From Marsupella aquatica (taxonomy: Eukaryota > Plantae > Marchantiophyta), in contig OZ316893.1 of NCBI GenBank assembly GCA_973895155.1, positions 8,867,839-8,931,838 of the forward strand: a stretch of 64,000 nt of DNA, in the 5' to 3' direction. The translations under genes were made by a program, and so were the position numbers. The notes below the pieces were generated by a model, which searched no databases, had not been told where the DNA came from, and worked only from the letters and a program-made list of their open reading frames with translations. This document shows positions 1-11,986 of the stretch, in pieces. The first letter of the stretch is position 1. Each line of letters begins with the position of its first letter.

Positions 1-191
1 AGTTCTGGACCCTGTATTGTTTTCAAAAATAAATTTGAGAGGATATATTCACCACCATGAGATGGAAAGCACCAAAAAATTAGACCAACAGTTGTTTTTG
101 AGACAGGACCAGTTAAAAGCTCCCACTTGACTACCCGGTCCATACAATAAATCAAGATATCTGATATATAGGAGAGTGCATTCAGGACAAA

Positions 192-545
192 AGACAACTT
201 CGAGGCTCATAATGAGCCTCCTGTACCTTTTCACCACCCGCTGCCCGCATTTTCTTCTCCTCGTTCATATTTTTTCTAAGTGTAAGTAGAAGGTGAATGA
301 TCTCCACTTTTGGGTGGGGTGATTGACAAAAGTCGCACATTGCCACTAGCAGGATTCGAACCGGGAACCTGCCCCGTGCCAGTGAGCTCCCTCTACCACC
401 AAGACTAGGGGCAGCTGGTGTCCAGAATGACTCGCCCCAGGTATTTATCCTTATTCAAACGTCCGTAATACTGGGCAGCGGGCAGCAAGGTACGGGGCTA
501 ATCAATGATAATCTCATTAATTAGCCTCGATCTTGAGGTTTGTCT
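192..545. mobile_element. Putative small foldback/MITE-like element enclosing a tRNA-like cassette
   Basis: Nested inverted matches: cccgctgccc 237-246 / gggcagcggg 473-482; gtacctt / aaggtac; tcgaggct 200-207 / agcctcga 523-530; agacaa / ttgtct. No clear TSD; ends approximate. Confidence 0.4.
342..415 (-). pseudogene. Degenerate tRNA-derived sequence (SINE head or tRNA pseudogene) with Pol III signals
   Basis: Minus strand reads gctgcccc-TAGTCTTGGTGG(A-box-like)-...-GGTTCGAATCC(B box)-tgctagtggc, 74 nt. TATA-like ggataaatac about 26-35 nt upstream; TTTT about 11 nt downstream. Acceptor and anticodon stems pair poorly, so no isotype is assigned. Confidence 0.6.
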
Positions 546-894
546 CTAATGGAGAGTGCTAGCTAGGTGCAACGTGGATCATATCCACCATATTCTTGCA
601 ATAATCGAGTGACTCCAAAATAGATTTTGGTCCACTTCTTGCTAAGAAGCCAGGAGCCAAAGCTTGTAAGACTTTTTATCAAATCGAGTCACTCAATCCT
701 CAAACTGTCCATTTTAGCTACTTAATGAATTTGTCTTGCGTTCTTTGTGGTGTAATTGAAAGAGTCAAAGGTTGATAGGAGGTTAGTAGGTGCATGGTAA
801 CCAGATGAAAAGTAATTCCACTTTGCATATATAGTACATTCTATGTACAACGATGTGAGCTAGTGGGGATTATGTGAGATGATGTAGCTATACT

Positions 895-1177
895 CCCGGG
901 GTCCTCACTTCTTTTCTTCCGACCCATCACGCGCGAATAAGTATAAGGTTTTTTAATTTTTGTTGAAGAACATTAGATTATTTTAATCCAATTTTGAGAA
1001 TTATGAGAATCATAAGGTTTTTTTAAATCAAATATGAATTTTTTTGTTGAAATATTCTATTAAATTAGGGGTAAACAAATTACTAAAAAAAACTTTATTG
1101 ACTTAACTTATTAAGGTATTTATTTCCCCAAAACTTTGAGCGTGATATGGGACACCCCTTAAATTGAGGCCCCTGAG
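895..1177. mobile_element. 283-bp non-autonomous MITE related to the P-like element at 11525-21240
   Basis: Ends cccggggtcctcact and (revcomp) ctcaggggcctcaat each match 12/15 to CTCGGGGGTCTCACT. Flanks gctatact (887-894) / gctgtact (1178-1185) give a 7/8 8-bp TSD. ATCACG lies 32 nt inside both ends. AT-rich interior. Confidence 0.75.
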
Positions 1178-2439
1178 GCTGTACTCTTATTTGCAGTGTC
1201 ATAGAGTCATCAAAAGCATATCAATAGGAACAAAAATAAAAAAAAGTTGCTTTGAATGAATAATACAATGGCTATATGAACTTTTACATGAGGTTTGATC
1301 AGTTTGATACTACCAATTGCAATTAGCCTAACTGAGGTAGCCTCATTGACAAGCTCTTGAGCAAGTACATAGTTGGAGACTAGTACTTACCAAGAGCCAT
1401 TAGTGAATGTAGATGTCCCACAACCAGAACACTCAAACATTTTGTTTCACCTGAGTCGCATCCCTTCCATTGAGACCCATAGCTTTTCGCAAGTCATGAA
1501 AACTGCTCAGACGGACGTTGCTGACTCATTGCATTCATGGATACATTAACTCAACTTATCTTCCCACAGATCAAATTGGAAATTGCAAAGTAAGGGCATA
1601 GCTGCAATTGGAGGCACGGCCAGCTTCGGACATTGAAAGAATGGCTGTTTGCAGCAAGCACAACAAACCAGGGAACACTGATACCAGATGAAGCAGTGAT
1701 TTGACGGTCCATCTGTGCAAGAGCCTGCCCACAAAGATAGCAGAGACGTCAAATTGAAAGCCCATCGGCAGAGTCGATTGGAGCAAAGGAATAATCAGTA
1801 GTTGAAAGAATCTAGCAGCATGCTGGAGAAGGTTGGATCTCGACCTGTGCAAACATCTCAACCAGCCACTTGAGTATGTAGCCAATTCACCCACAAAGAT
1901 TTTGTGATACCTGGGCGACCCTAGAGGTGTTGTTGTGTGAATTTACCTGTCCACGTACGTTCGCTAATGGATCTGAGTGCTACCTGAGAACGATCCACCA
2001 CAATGGCTGAATATCGACGGCAACGACAAGGGAACTGTACGTGAATTAGCTATCAAAACTTACAGTTGCTTTAAAGACTATCGATATGTTGGATGGCTAA
2101 GTTTCTTGCATGGCTAATTACAAGAAATCCCTTCAGTTTTATTCCTGTGTTGTGTCAATGTACACAGTTCGATTTTCATATCACTCTGTCACTACTCCTC
2201 CCTTGTTAAGATTTGCACATTGTTTTAACTGCCGCAGGGTTTTGCACTTAAAACTTTGACAAGATAAAAGCGATACTGGTGCAAAGTCACTATGGGTGAT
2301 TTCTGCACTTAGATTCGGTGTAAATATAATTTTACACCATTGTTAAGCGCATTTTACCTTTTCACTTCTGCGCATGAGCTGACGGTGCATTTTCCAAAAG
2401 TCATCTGTGCCAACCAGGAAAGTTTTCCTGTGTTTGGCA

Positions 2440-2830
2440 ATCAAGCTCTTTCAGACGGGCTTCTAGATGAATTTTCTCTATCTTTCCATGTCGATTGTGA
2501 TTGCCACTTCGGTAAGGAGATGTTGTCCAGTTCCCTGAGGTGAGAGATTGACCCGTGATTTCTCCGCTGTAACGCTGAAGCTAGGAAGGTCGCGCGGTTC
2601 TTGTTATGTCCTGAGTGAGAACCTCGGTAAGTTGGAATCAGTGGGTCTGTAGAGAACTGTCGCTCATTTTTGACCAGAGATATCGGCAACGCCGATCTTC
2701 TCGGTGGTACTCTCGCTGGGACTTCATTAATTTCATTCCTTAGCCCTTGTCCAGTCATAGTCTCAAATATGATACTCAAACCTACGCTATATAGGCCTAT
2801 ATTTGATTTTTTGTTTCAGGAGATCGCTAC
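2440..2830 (-). pseudogene. Relic of an unidentified gene, homologous to 33870-34250 and 45990-46260
   Basis: Shared nucleotide blocks (atgtcgattgtgat; tctcgctggga; ccttagcccttg). Translated IIFETMTGQGLR vs LIFESTIGQGLR. Confidence 0.4.
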
Positions 2831-4022
2831 GAATAATCAGAAAGATTTGTTCTTAATTAAGCACTTTGAGCAGCGCACAACTCCAACGTGTTAGAGGAAC
2901 GGTTGAATAATTTAATCCATTCTCGATCAATCAGGAATCCCAGATGACTGAAATATTCAAAGTTTCGACATTTTCTGTCGTTTTCCTCCAATGTCTCCTG
3001 ATTGATTATTGCAGAGCATTTGTGTTTCAGATTTGTGTGGAAAATCTTCCAAAATTGCCTATAGTTCATATTAAGTACGTGGAAATGACTCATATATCAG
3101 TATTGTTATACTTAGATCAAAATATGACATATACTATATACGACACCCCTGCATACCGTGATAGTCCTAGTTTAATTTTTCCTTTCAATCAATGAATGCA
3201 GCCACATTTTGATGTGTGATTACCAGCAAGGTTTATACTCCCTCCACGTTGCAGTTCGGTGTGGGAATATTTTTTAAATACTTATTTACCCAAACAACTA
3301 TACTTAGAAATCAACCTAAGCGACCACTCAGTGCTTCCCGGGCAGCTTAAAGTCTAAAGGAGCATCAGATAATAATGCAGATAAATACTGGACAACTCGC
3401 AAAGTCCAAACGTCGGACCTGGTATCCTGTCCAGCCTTAAAGAGTACCTCCGGATTCTGATCCGAGCTATTTGACTCTCAAGATCGATGTACGCACTTCA
3501 CCCAGAATTCAATCGGCTCACGACCTTTGGTGTTTTGGGGTGCTGCACCTTGACTGCCCCAAACCGTTCAATGCAAATTGACAATTACGATTGATAGCTT
3601 CTATACAGTTACCAATGATAAGTGTCATAGAAACAATCTGACCTGAATTTCAATTTCATATAAGAGTTGTGATCAAGCTAAATCCAAATTAGGGAAACCG
3701 GGCAATACTAACACGTAGATGTAGAGTTTTGTCACGCTGTTCTAGTTCATGTTTGGAACTTTGTTTTTTTATTAAGAATAATTAATTAAGTCATCACAAG
3801 TTATAACTATATAGTCAACAAACTTGGATATAACATGGAGCCTCACAAAACCTACATCTGATTTGGATGCATTGAATTGTGGTAGATCGTAGTCAAACTC
3901 GACCAGACACTCTCACTCTCCATGGCCCAGCGTTACATTTTAAAAAGTGACAGAAAAGTGAGTTTTCGGGGAATAAGCCATTTCCGGCCGGGGCCATTTC
4001 ATTGCTAGTATACATATACTGT

Positions 4023-4100
4023 AGCTCTCTCTCTCTCTCTCATTTACTAGCTCTCTCTCTCTCTCTCATTTACTAGCTCTCTCTCTCTCTCTCATTTACT
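4023..4100. repeat. Compound microsatellite, 3 x [ag(ct)n-catttact]
   Basis: Three directly visible tandem units of about 26 bp. Confidence 0.85.
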
Positions 4101-4809
4101 GTTTCAGCTGGAAACATCCCGAGTCCTGGAGTAGAAGATTGGTAAAACTCTGCCCATTGATCTTCTTACGCTAGCCAGGCGTTCTTGCAATTGTATGTGC
4201 TGGGGCTTTTGGGCCTCAGTAGACGAGTCCTGAGTGCCTGTCTAGCATGATCGGTTCAGTGCACTTGTCATCAGTCGGTCTGCAATTTGCAGGTCTGGTT
4301 ACATAATACACGGCGACTGGAATTGCCTCTCGGTCGATGTCCTTTTTGTCAATTGGCTCAATTCTGTTTGTCAAGGATCAGCCGACTCAACGTATCTTTA
4401 TTTCAATTCTTGATTGGTCTCAAAAGTCTGGTCAAAAGTACGGAGTCGCTTGGTCAACAGGAGGCCTAGACCATCTCTACTGCATGTAGTTTTGGCTAAT
4501 TGTGCTAATTGGGGAACTTTGCGCTGATCAGTTTCATTTGACTTGCGCCTGTATCTGAAGTCGAGAATCATTGGTTAGTCAACTCCTCTATCTCATGATA
4601 CAGTTGTTAGCTCAAATTGTGATCCTCCTTGTGGGAGAGCAGACGGCGAGAATGGCTGATCGAGGCACTTCCCCCTCATAAAGTGTCTCTAGCCCGATGT
4701 GGGCATGTGGTGATCACTGATCACTGATCACCATTGTCAAGCTATGGCAAGCGACCCCGGTTTGGACTTGTCGGACAAATACGAGTATTTGAGACGATAG
4801 ATGACATAT

Positions 4810-5290
4810 GTCGTCCCGGCCGGTGACGAGGTCGGACCGAGAGAAACTAGAACCGGGCCGGGATGTGATAGAGGGCCGCGAATGGAGGAGCCGGGGGCGT
4901 GAGAGGAAATGAGCCCCGGTCCGGGACGGGAAGGGTGGGGAGGGGGGGTGGGAAGGGTGGGGAAGGGGGGGGAGAGGGAGGGACCCTGGTCCGGGCCGGG
5001 AAGGGTGGGGAGGGGGGGGAGAGAGAGTGACCCCGGTCCCGGGAATGGTGGGGAGGGGGGGCGGGGAGAGAAATTGGACCGGGCCGGGAGGGAGGGCCGG
5101 GCCGGGAAGTGCGAAGGGGGGGGGGGGGGGGGGAAGTGGACCGGGCCAGGAAGGAGCGCCGGGCCGGGCCGAGATTAGGGTTCCCGGGCCAAAGGCGGAG
5201 GCGCAATTATTAGGGTTTGCGAGAGGGGAGCCGGGAGCCGGGAGTTGAGCCGGGACCATAAAAGGGGGGAGAGGGGGAGGGAGGGGCTCA
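4810..5290. repeat. GC-rich subterminal repeat block (ccggg / ccgggccggg motifs and long G-tracts)
   Basis: More than 10 copies of ccggg and many runs of 4 or more G on the + strand, consistent with a DNA-transposon subterminal region. Confidence 0.7.
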
Positions 5291-5624
5291 TTGTGTATTG
5301 TGGAGGCCAAGAGGAGAGGAGAAGGAAGGAGAGGAGAAGGAAGGAGAAGGAGGGAAGGAAGGAGAAAGAAGGCTCGAAGGTGTATAGGGTAAGTTTGTTT
5401 TGTATTTGATGTTTTTTTTATGTTATGGTATATGGTTTGATTTAAGTTTTGATTTTTGTTATGATATATGTTTTGATTTTGATTTATGTTATGGTGAATG
5501 TTTTTACTTAAGTTTTGATTTAAGTTTTGATTTATATTATGGCGAATGTATATTGTTTGGAATGTATGTATGAATGTATTTTTGGAATGTATGTATAATG
5601 TATGTTGTTTATGTTTTGTTTATG

Positions 5625-5725
5625 CCCTAAACCTAAAACCTTAAACTTTGTTTGTGTCCTAAACCTAAAACCCTAAACTTTGTTTGTGCCCTAAATCCAA
5701 ATCCTAAAATGAGTTTGTGCCCTAA
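5625..5725. repeat. Minisatellite of about 31-bp units with telomere-like (ccctaaa) motifs
   Basis: About 3.5 copies of gccctaaacctaaaaccctaaactttgtttgt-like units. Confidence 0.7.
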
Positions 5726-5750
5726 ATTATTAAAAAAATGAATTTTAGAT

Positions 5751-6100
5751 TAATGGAGGGATATAAAGAGATTCCTGTGCGCGCGTGTTTGGAGCTTCGG
5801 CTCGGCATGAGATATTTCGTACATGAATCTTTTAATATCACCTTAACAATTTATTATTATTTGCAAATTGAGTGAAAGATTTATGGAGATAGAGAAACCC
5901 ATGTACGCACTTAGCTTGGAGCTTTGTCTCGGCATGTGATATTTTACATGGGTGTCATGATTCTTCGAAATTCTTTTCACTCAATTGGTAAATGATTGAT
6001 AAATTATAGCTATCACATAGATCCAAGTAGGAATGTCGTAACTGTGAAAGAAAAGAAAACTTTTGTGCGCGTGCTTGGAGCTTAGGCTCGGCATGGGATA
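5751..6100 (+). repeat. Left subterminal arm of the hAT element (inverted copy at 23453-23741)
   Basis: Three copies of a ttggagcttNgNctcggcatgNgata motif. gatagagaaacccatgt is shared exactly with the reverse complement of the right arm. Confidence 0.8.
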
Positions 6101-6353
6101 ATTCACAAATGTGTTCACCCTTCTTTTATCGTTATGACATTCAAAAGATTAATAAAAATGAATTGCAATAAAATCCAGAAACAATAATCCAGTGCATAAC
6201 AATCACGTGAATCCGTGATTCATAGGGTATTTGTGGGCAGTTGATTGAGTGAGTAAGGTTGTACTCATCTCACACACCATTCCAGGGAAGCCACAATGGA
6301 CTCGACTAGTCGTGTAGAATACAGGTAGTTGCTGGAAACGATTACTAGGGTTC

Positions 6354-7945
6354 TTGATGAAGGGGCTGAACCGGACCATGTGGCTCTCCAAGCACTCAGG
6401 AATGCATGAAACACTTGAGTATAAATCAACTGTTGGCAAACTCAATGGGAAGAAGAAACGAAGAGGGGGCAATGTTGAGGTGAAACAGGTTCGCTTTAAT
6501 GCAGTAGTGGCGATCTGGAAAGGAATATTACATCATTACACTCAACCTAAGCAATATGAGGAGAATGCGTTCGAGATGGATTTTACAAGGCACGGTCTAA
6601 AAGGATACAAGAAGTTTGTGAACGAGATGACTCATTATTTGCATGAAAGTGAGAGGATGAAGACACTTTCACACGGGAGCAGAAGGATGCATTTGTACTT
6701 GAGTGTGAGAAAGCAGGAGGATTCATTGACAACTTGGCTGTTGATTTGGAGATCAATATTTGGGATTTGATGGTGGCCAAATTAAACATGGATGATACTA
6801 CAATGCTTGAAAATCCTGGGATGTTTAAGCACAAGAGGAACTTGTTATCAACTTGGAGTAAAGAGTTGGCAATGGCAAAAGCTGAAAGCAACGTCAAATA
6901 TATAAACAAGGTGATGCAATTTGGGGATGTGAGTATCAGAAACGATGGAAAAGAAACACGTCCATCACGTGTACTTCCGGATGTGAGGAGTATCCATTTC
7001 TTGAAGCCTGAGCAGGTGCAAAATGCTCATTCCATCGGGACAAGTGTGCAAGGGGAGGTGTACACTTGTCACGTATTAGATTGCCCTCTTATTCTGAAGA
7101 ATGTCATACTAGTGGCAAAAAGATTCAAAAAAGGAGATAAGCATAAGAGGAGGACAGATACATTACAAGAAATGCTTATGGGAGGACTAAATCACAAGGG
7201 AATTGTTGGGGCTTTGGCAATGACGATTGATGATCCACCAAGACTTGTGTATGATCACTACAACGGAGGTGATTTGGGAAGCTTCATAGATAGATGTGGA
7301 TTGTGGTCAAAGAACAAAGGAAAATCACAAGGTTCCTCCAACATTGATTTCAAGTTTGTTTCTGAAAAGAAACTTTTTCTGGAGAACCGATTGGGAATTG
7401 CATTGGCGCTGCTTGAGACGTTACAATATTTGCATGATCACAACCGATTCCATTGTGATCTTCACTTTGGAAACGGTCATCTACATTTTGAGTATGAAGA
7501 TGATGTAGCCATCAAGGTGTATGTTGGCTTATGCAATTTTGGCTTGTCCAAACATAAGTCACAGTGCAGACTACCAGAGAATCGAATGTGGTCTACTCTT
7601 GCAGATAAAGTTGTAGCTTATAAAAAACAATATCCTCAATTAGCTCCAGAGCTTGTTTTGCCCACCCCAGTAGAGTATAGTGCTGCCACTGATATATATG
7701 CTTTGGGCAACATTTTTTAGAGTCTCTTTTTAGAGAATTGGGATGGAGTGTCCATGAGGACACGGTGGTTGGGTAGGGGTTGGAATACCTTGGAGCATGG
7801 TCATAAATTGGAAGCAATGGTCTGTGATATGATGTCCATCGAGGTGAAGAAAAGGCAAGAGTGTGCCTTTCGGAGTTTGAAGATGGTTCGGACATTCCCG
7901 GATTGTAGACTATTTGCCCAAAATAGTCCTTATCTTAGAGATTAG
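6354..7945 (+). pseudogene. Transposon-borne protein kinase with N-terminal extension (frameshift near 6650, in-frame TAG at 7718-7720)
   Basis: Kinase subdomains: SIGTSVQGEVY (Gly loop), VAKRFK, E in QEML, HCDLHFGN (catalytic loop), NFGLS (DFG position), APE, TDIYALG. ORF 7748-7945 is in the same frame and supplies subdomain XI (MMSIEVKKRQ). Confidence 0.8.
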
Positions 7946-8113
7946 AGATGAAACTTGACCCTCTAATTATTACATGAAGTCATTAAGTTACAAACAATCA
8001 GATGGTTATTATAAAGTGATATGTATCTTATTTGTTTATATTGTTATGCCATGCCATTTCATTATATTTGGATTTGTTGTAAATATGTTTTTATGTTTGT
8101 AGATCTTGCAATC

Positions 8114-10074
8114 ATGACGAAATAGAATTTGGATTCTGATGATGATGAAAAAGTTCCAAAAGACAAATATGCTCATTTATACATGCAAGACGCTCAAGAT
8201 GCTTATTACGATCATTTTGATCATGATATTCATGGAAACTCGCTATCTCCAACAAAAGGGTTGGAAGATGAGTCCGAACCCAATGCTTGTGACATTGGTA
8301 CGGCGACAAAAACACCTTGCCAAATTCAACTAAGTTGGAGGATGAAAGTGGCAATTTGGAGTGGAACATCTCAACAGAAAACGTGAAACCTCCTCATCAT
8401 GAATGGCCGATCAACGCCAAAGAATTGGAGATTTTGATGCCCAAAGCAGAGTTTGGCAAATTTGTGAAAAAGCTGTTTGACGATCCAGAAATGTGGACAA
8501 CAAAATCTTGGTTACAGGACAAATTTACCATGTCCAGGCTAACACATCGAGATGCTGCCACACATTGGCAACAAAGATTTTGGGAATATGCTCCAAATAA
8601 GGCAAACGGGAAAGTTAGTTCTGTTTATCCTCCTTTTGTTCGATGTTTGATTGCCGAGTTCATTCTAAAATGGAAGATGGATTACCGTTGGGAAAACAAC
8701 GATGGCAAGGTGACCCATTCCGTGCATAAATCAGTGCATGCTATTGCAGCAAACAGAGGAAAAAGTGCAAAGAAGGATGTTCCAACCATGACCTCTAACA
8801 AGGGGTCCAAAAGAAAAATGGATGAGGCGCAAAAGGTGAATACACAACCAAAGGAGAAAACAACATTTATCTCGCAATTCCTTGTGAAGCCAGCAACCAC
8901 ACCAAGCAATGTGGAGTCTACCAACAACAAAAGACCAAACATATCAGGGATTGGAAGCAGAACTCCACCTGTAATCAATATCAAACCTCCTAACAAGGAG
9001 AGGCTCAGCATGCAACATATATGCAAGAGCTTGGGAGCAGAGATTGGTGATTTGCTTGAGAAGAATCTTTGCACAAAGTATGTTGTCGAGCTTTGTGATT
9101 CTGGCAGCATGGAAAGATACAAGGCAAAACTACAAGAAGCCGATTTGAAGATACGATCACTAGAGAAGAGGCCCATGGAATCGGGGACCAATTCAGAGAT
9201 GATGTACTACAAGGCTCAATTATTTGACCAGATGGAGAAAATCCAGAAGTTGACTGAACAACTTGCCAACAAAGAAGGTCAAGCTAATCAAGTGCTAGAA
9301 CTTGAAAAGAAGAACAAAATCATCAAAGATCTTCAAAATCAGCTTGCATCTCAACAACTCATCATTACAAATTTGCACGAGGAGATAACCAATGTCAACA
9401 ATGGTGATTTGGGATGTGAGTCAAAAAAAGAAACATCATCTGATTTTGTTCAAATGCAGATCATTGATCCTACAGGACACAATACCCTATTTCCTGATGT
9501 GGAGGCTAGTGCAGAAGGCATTGAGAAATATTTTGACAAATGGAAGAAGGATGAAACTATGGCACCATTTGTTCGTGAAAAAGATGACAAGTGTACTTGG
9601 TGCCTCTATCCTTGGGGCCCAGAATCTGTTTCAATGTTGGGAACTTGCGGACATATATGGCATCATGCTTGTTTGTTCAAATGGTTGAAGAAGAGCAGAA
9701 AATGTTGGTGTCGCACACCATATTATGAACATGAATATCAATAACGAGGATTGTTGGACCAGATGCCATCAATGGAGACACAACAAGACACTGAAGAGAC
9801 ACAAGAGGGTGTAGTGATGACGCAAATAGATTCCACTCCCATTGAACACTTCACAATCAATGAGTATAATTTGTTAGATGGCGAATTTGATAGATTGCTC
9901 CTTAGTGGTCGATTCAATGAATGGAAAGAATATGCTGCAGCCAACCAGCCATCAATAGACGAGCAAAATATGCAACGATCTATTCATCGTCATCAACGAC
10001 GTCAACAACAGGCAGAAGTGAAAGCAGAAGTTCTTGACATCAACGGAAAAAAATATGAATACAATAGTCTCTAG
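8114..10074 (+). pseudogene. Transposon-borne coiled-coil + C-terminal RING-H2-like protein (putative E3 ligase), disrupted
   Basis: CTWC...CGHIWHHACLFKW...CWC RING-like pattern after a heptad-rich region. ATG at 8114 follows a splice acceptor at 8102. TAG at 8123, frameshift near 8315, in-frame TAA at 9742 followed by same-frame ORF 9751-10074. Confidence 0.7.
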
Positions 10075-10465
10075 ATTTTGATGGAGTTACTATTAGAGAC
10101 TTCTTTTTTCTTAGCACCTGGAAAATCATTTTGGACAATTATTTTCAAGTGTAACTGGTAAAGAAATATTGCAGTGGCATAATATATGACTTACCATGGA
10201 GTCACATTTTGGTCGAGCTCGTGTGTGGTGTTTGTGGATTTACATTACAGATTATTTAACCATTTTGTAGTATAAGTACCGTCAAAAATACCTCAAATCC
10301 CATGGGGAATAAAGTTTAGACTAGGCACAAGGTACATTATTTTGCAAATTGTGACACTTATAAAACTCAATAACTTATATTCATGGCCAAAAAATATATG
10401 ACATTCATTATTATTGTCAGTAAAGACAATACAATAGTAACAAAGCATGCTAAACATAACATTTC

Positions 10466-11516
10466 TCAAGGCTGTGAAAGAAAATTCCTAGTGTTTTTGT
10501 TGTGATTTCGTTGCAAAGCTTGATTCCACTCTTCCTCTGCAGCCCATGCAATTGGGTCGCGATTTTCCAGATGGACATTCCTCTGAGCTTGTTGAAATGA
10601 TGATGTTCCTTGAAATTCACGATCAATAGGATTGTTGGATGTATATGGATTAGTCATGGTCTGACCTCCATACTCATTGAAGATTGTAGTAGCTTCTTCC
10701 CATGGTGCACGTGTGTTGTTCAAAGATGTACTTTGAACATTATATGGTTGTTGAAAAGTAGCTGATCTGCTTCCCTCATAATGATGCCCTTATGTGCTAG
10801 TGTGTTGTTGAACAAAGTATGAGCTACTTGGGTCGACATCATTATGGACGTTTAATGATGGATAAGCCCAAGATGCGTTTGGTTGGAAAGGTGTTGCAAA
10901 ATCTGAATACAACGATGCATGATCTTCATCTTCAATCTGCGACTCGTCAATTGTAGGATACATCTCGAAATTCATTTCATTCTCCCAATCACCTGCATCA
11001 CTTACATCTGTACATATCTGGTGGAAGACGAGTTAAGAAGTCACCATCTTTATGTAATGATAATCCTTCCAAGGCTTCATCCGCATCATCAATTGCATCA
11101 AAATCTTCGATATCTTGTTGACCAAGGGCGGTATACGTTGCGTCACACCCTTCATTCTGAGTCTGCTCAGTGGATAATGGCCTGACACCGTCATTTGTTG
11201 CTCTTCTTTCATCATAACGTTGATATATAAACGTATGGGGATTTCTTACTTTTGTAAGCCCTTTCTCCACTCTCATGTTTGTGAATACAAACACTAAATC
11301 CTTTGCTCGATCATTTGTCAATCTGTTGCGACTTGCAGAATGAATAAATACATAAGAACTCCAGTTTCTTTCACACGCAGATGCGCACATTTTTTGGTGA
11401 CAGATTTTTCTAGCCAAAACTCTTAAATCTAGATAATCAGCACCGTATGAATGCCACCACTCTCTTGGACTTACTTGACCTATATTAGATTGGGCTCCTC
11501 TCATGGTTACTGTTGT
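10466..11516 (-). pseudogene. hAT transposase, C-terminal part (dimerisation domain plus acidic tail)
   Basis: PREWWHSYG...LARKI...SACERNWS...IHS..RNRL....KDLVFV is the hAT C-terminal dimerisation motif. The tail continues through a frameshift near 11000 and an in-frame TAA at 10790. Confidence 0.9.
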
Positions 11517-11556
11517 GTTTGGTACTCGGGGGTCTCACTATATGGAGGACCCCCCC

Positions 11557-11569
11557 ATCACCTGCGACG
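11557..11569 (+). promoter_or_regulatory. Putative internal transposase-binding motif ATCAC(C/G)TGCGACG (inverted partner at 21198-21210)
   Basis: 12/13 identical inverted motif starting at nt 33 and nt 31 from the two element ends. Its ATCACG core is also in the MITE at 895-1177. Confidence 0.6.
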
Positions 11570-11986
11570 TTTTCATGCCTAGACCCCCATACTTATTAAG
11601 TTGAAATTTTTTTTTCCTCCCTCTTTCTTTCTTCTAAGAGTCTAAAATCCAAATTGTATTGCCCCTATAATTTGTGAAGTAAAGTGTCACATATCAATAT
11701 AAAATGCCTAGAAAGAAAAGATAAGTCTATGTCAGTACCTTGTGAAGTCGTATGTCAGACATGGCACGCCCTGCAACAGTTCTTGCACCTTTGTCGACCT
11801 TAAACTTTGATCATTTCAATGCATCATTTATATTGTGTACCTAAAAGGTCATCCCAATATAAACCTTACGTGCATAAGTGGGATGGCCTTTAAGGTCACA
11901 ACATAAATAATCCATTCCACCCATTGATCACCAATCCCATGCTCCATCCATACTCCATTTAAAACTTATGTTGAGAGATGTAACAT

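Noticed and set aside
342-415. Functional tRNA gene
   Set aside because: Acceptor, anticodon and T stems have multiple mismatches; no credible anticodon.
1546-1894. Overlapping minus-strand ORFs
   Set aside because: No recognisable motifs in any frame; non-ATG starts.
4724-4745. Candidate hAT left TIR (cattgtc...) pairing with gacaatt near 23814
   Set aside because: Only a 6-bp match and no 8-bp TSD in the flanks; termini left unresolved.
4714-5310. 198-aa proline-rich ORF resembling formin FH1/extensin, plus overlapping Gly-rich ORFs
   Set aside because: By-product of the G-tract/ccggg subterminal repeat; non-ATG start, no FH2 domain or signal peptide, open in several frames.
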